From: Candidatus Binatia bacterium
GTDB taxonomy: Bacteria > Desulfobacterota > Binatia > UBA9968 > CAXXLF01
DNA length: 64,000 bases
NCBI GenBank assembly: GCA_963664015.2
Contig: CAXXLF010000002.1
Coordinates: 2,183,816 to 2,247,815 of the forward strand
Direction of reading: 5' to 3'
Position 1 is the stretch's first letter. The number at the start of each line of letters is the position of its first letter. A program made the translations under genes and the position numbers. Under the pieces are notes generated by a model. The model was not told the origin of the DNA and ran no database searches. It saw nothing but the letters and a program-made list of their open reading frames with translations. Positions 62,529 through 64,000 of this stretch are shown in pieces.

Positions 62529-63539
62529 ATGATCACGCTTGAAGAAAACCGATTGGAATTCCGGTTCCCGGAAGTCCATGAAAAGGCGCGCTGCTCGATC
62601 GAATTCCAGCGCACCCTTCGCATTCCGGACGATGGCCAGGATTACCCGCTGCCGCCGGGCCTGGGTTGTTTCCCGTTGCGGCATTTGGACGACTACGCGC
62701 CTCGGCTATCCGAACAATGGCTTCGACGCGGCGGTGTCGTCATGCCCATGCATCAGGCCGAGGCAATGTGGATCGACTTCCAGTCCAGCTTTGGCTATCC
62801 GTTTGCGGTGAAAATCGCCACCGGCAAGATCAGTGCGATTGCAGGTGAGCCCTGGGTCGATCACTTGAACACGGACCCGCAAGATTATGTCGCTCTGCCC
62901 TAACAGCCATGGCTCGACGGATACTGTGTCGAACAAGGGTCGGTCCGGCAGTTCGTCGCCATGCCGCTGGGGGATGGTTATACGGTCGAGGAGCAGCTTA
63001 CTGGGGCAGGCAAGCACGGTGGATTGCAAATTGTTGCATACCCCATGAAGGTGGAGCGGTACGAGGAGCTGACCGCGGATCAACCACACGTTCTATATTC
63101 TTGCCCTCCCGATCTGGCCAGCGAAAGCATGGGCATGGGGTTGGCGCCTGGGGGGCGGATGAAGCAGAAAATCTATGAAGATAGCCATGGGCTGGACGCT
63201 TGGGATCAGCGCCACGCCGGCCGGTGCTTTGTCTCCATCGTTAATTCGATACAGTGGTTGGCGGTTACCGGTGAGATGCCGCCGAGCGATCCGCCGACGG
63301 CAAAACAGTATACTGAAGCCGGTCTTCCCTGGTTTGATTATTACGGTGGCGATGTCCAAGCGGTCGCTGGCGCCCAAAAACTAAGGGCGGCCAGGAGCGT
63401 AGCGCAAATCGGCATGGAGAAAGACCAAATACCGCTGCCGGGAAACGAAACGGTCAATGTGACCCACGTCATCGGGCTGCTAAAGACGGGCGTGCGCCAA
63501 GTGCGGGAGAGTTCCGCGGGCGAGGTCATGGAATCATGA
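62529..63539 (+). pseudogene. Conserved uncharacterised protein (FQRTLRIPDDG..PLPPGLG family) with in-frame TAA at 62901
   Basis: AAGGAGG RBS; single frame continues QDYVALP*QPWLDG..VRQFVAMPLG.GYTVEEQLTG..GGLQI..MGLAPGGRMKQ.IY.D..YT.AGLPWFDYY. Confidence 0.75.
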
Positions 63540-64000
63540 ATTCACTCCCGGGTCGCGGTGAAGGGCAGGGTAGAAGTGTCAAGATGGACTTTACCCCACA
63601 TATGAAACCGTTCCTGCAATTTCCGCGTCCATTGGTCATCTTTCCAACCAACCCGAGGGTAGAATGAGCTGGGGCGATGGGCAGCTCTCTGATGTACATG
63701 ACGCGCGACTTCGCCCGCGAAGGCGAGAAGCGGCTGGCCGTCTATCCCCCCCCGCAGGACAGACTGGTATAGTAACCGGTAATGAAGATCATACTCAGCC
63801 GAAAGGGATTTGACAGCAGAGCGGGCGGTGCGCCTTCGCCGATCGTCAACGGCCGACCGACGAGCATCCCGATCCCCTATACCGTCCGATCCGAGACCAC
63901 CTACGACGACCTTGGGCTCGGCGCCGTCGTGAAAAGGATAACGAAGGGAAGGCTGACGGGAGCGAGTCTCTGCCACCACGATCCAATGTTCGAGGGATCC

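Noticed and set aside
63542-63979. 145-aa minus-strand ORF at window end
   Set aside because: No recognisable motif and truncated context; cannot distinguish from a spurious ORF

Overview
Bacterial chromosomal window. The gene repertoire (amidohydrolase-2, Gfo/Idh/MocA, LLM, cupin, VOC) is reminiscent of Deltaproteobacteria-like lineages such as Ca. Binatia; this is inference only. (1) ~0.1-35 kb: intact sugar-phosphate/pentose-phosphate genes (pyk, gntK, glk, pgm, tkt, rpiB, fbaB, pgl, gnd, sthA, zwf) interleaved with ion/osmotic-stress genes (SLC12-like cotransporter, CorC/CNNM, HtpX, MscS, SLC13-TrkA_C). It also holds a putative c-di-AMP module (CdaA-YbbR split by a 50-bp tandem duplication, divergent DHH phosphoesterase, RimK-TrkA_C plus M14 deacylase) and an orphan atpC. 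(2) ~35-51 kb: aromatic/heterocycle catabolism-type genes, UPF0182 and several deletion-made gene chimeras. (3) 51.3-64 kb: tandem genomic islands marked by two copies of the 3' half of tRNA-Ala(GGC). The complete 10.4-kb island has no integrase. It contains an excisionase-like gene split by a 1.2-kb recombinase-less insert (lytic transglycosylase + DUF350), an orphan integron cassette (DUF1993 with attC) and a ~6.5-kb AT-rich Ig-repeat autotransporter. The next island begins with a leaderless XRE regulator and an uncharacterised partner gene. Many accessory genes are broken by frameshifts, in-frame stops or deletions. Some homopolymer frameshifts could be sequencing errors. All family assignments come from motif recognition by eye, not database searches.
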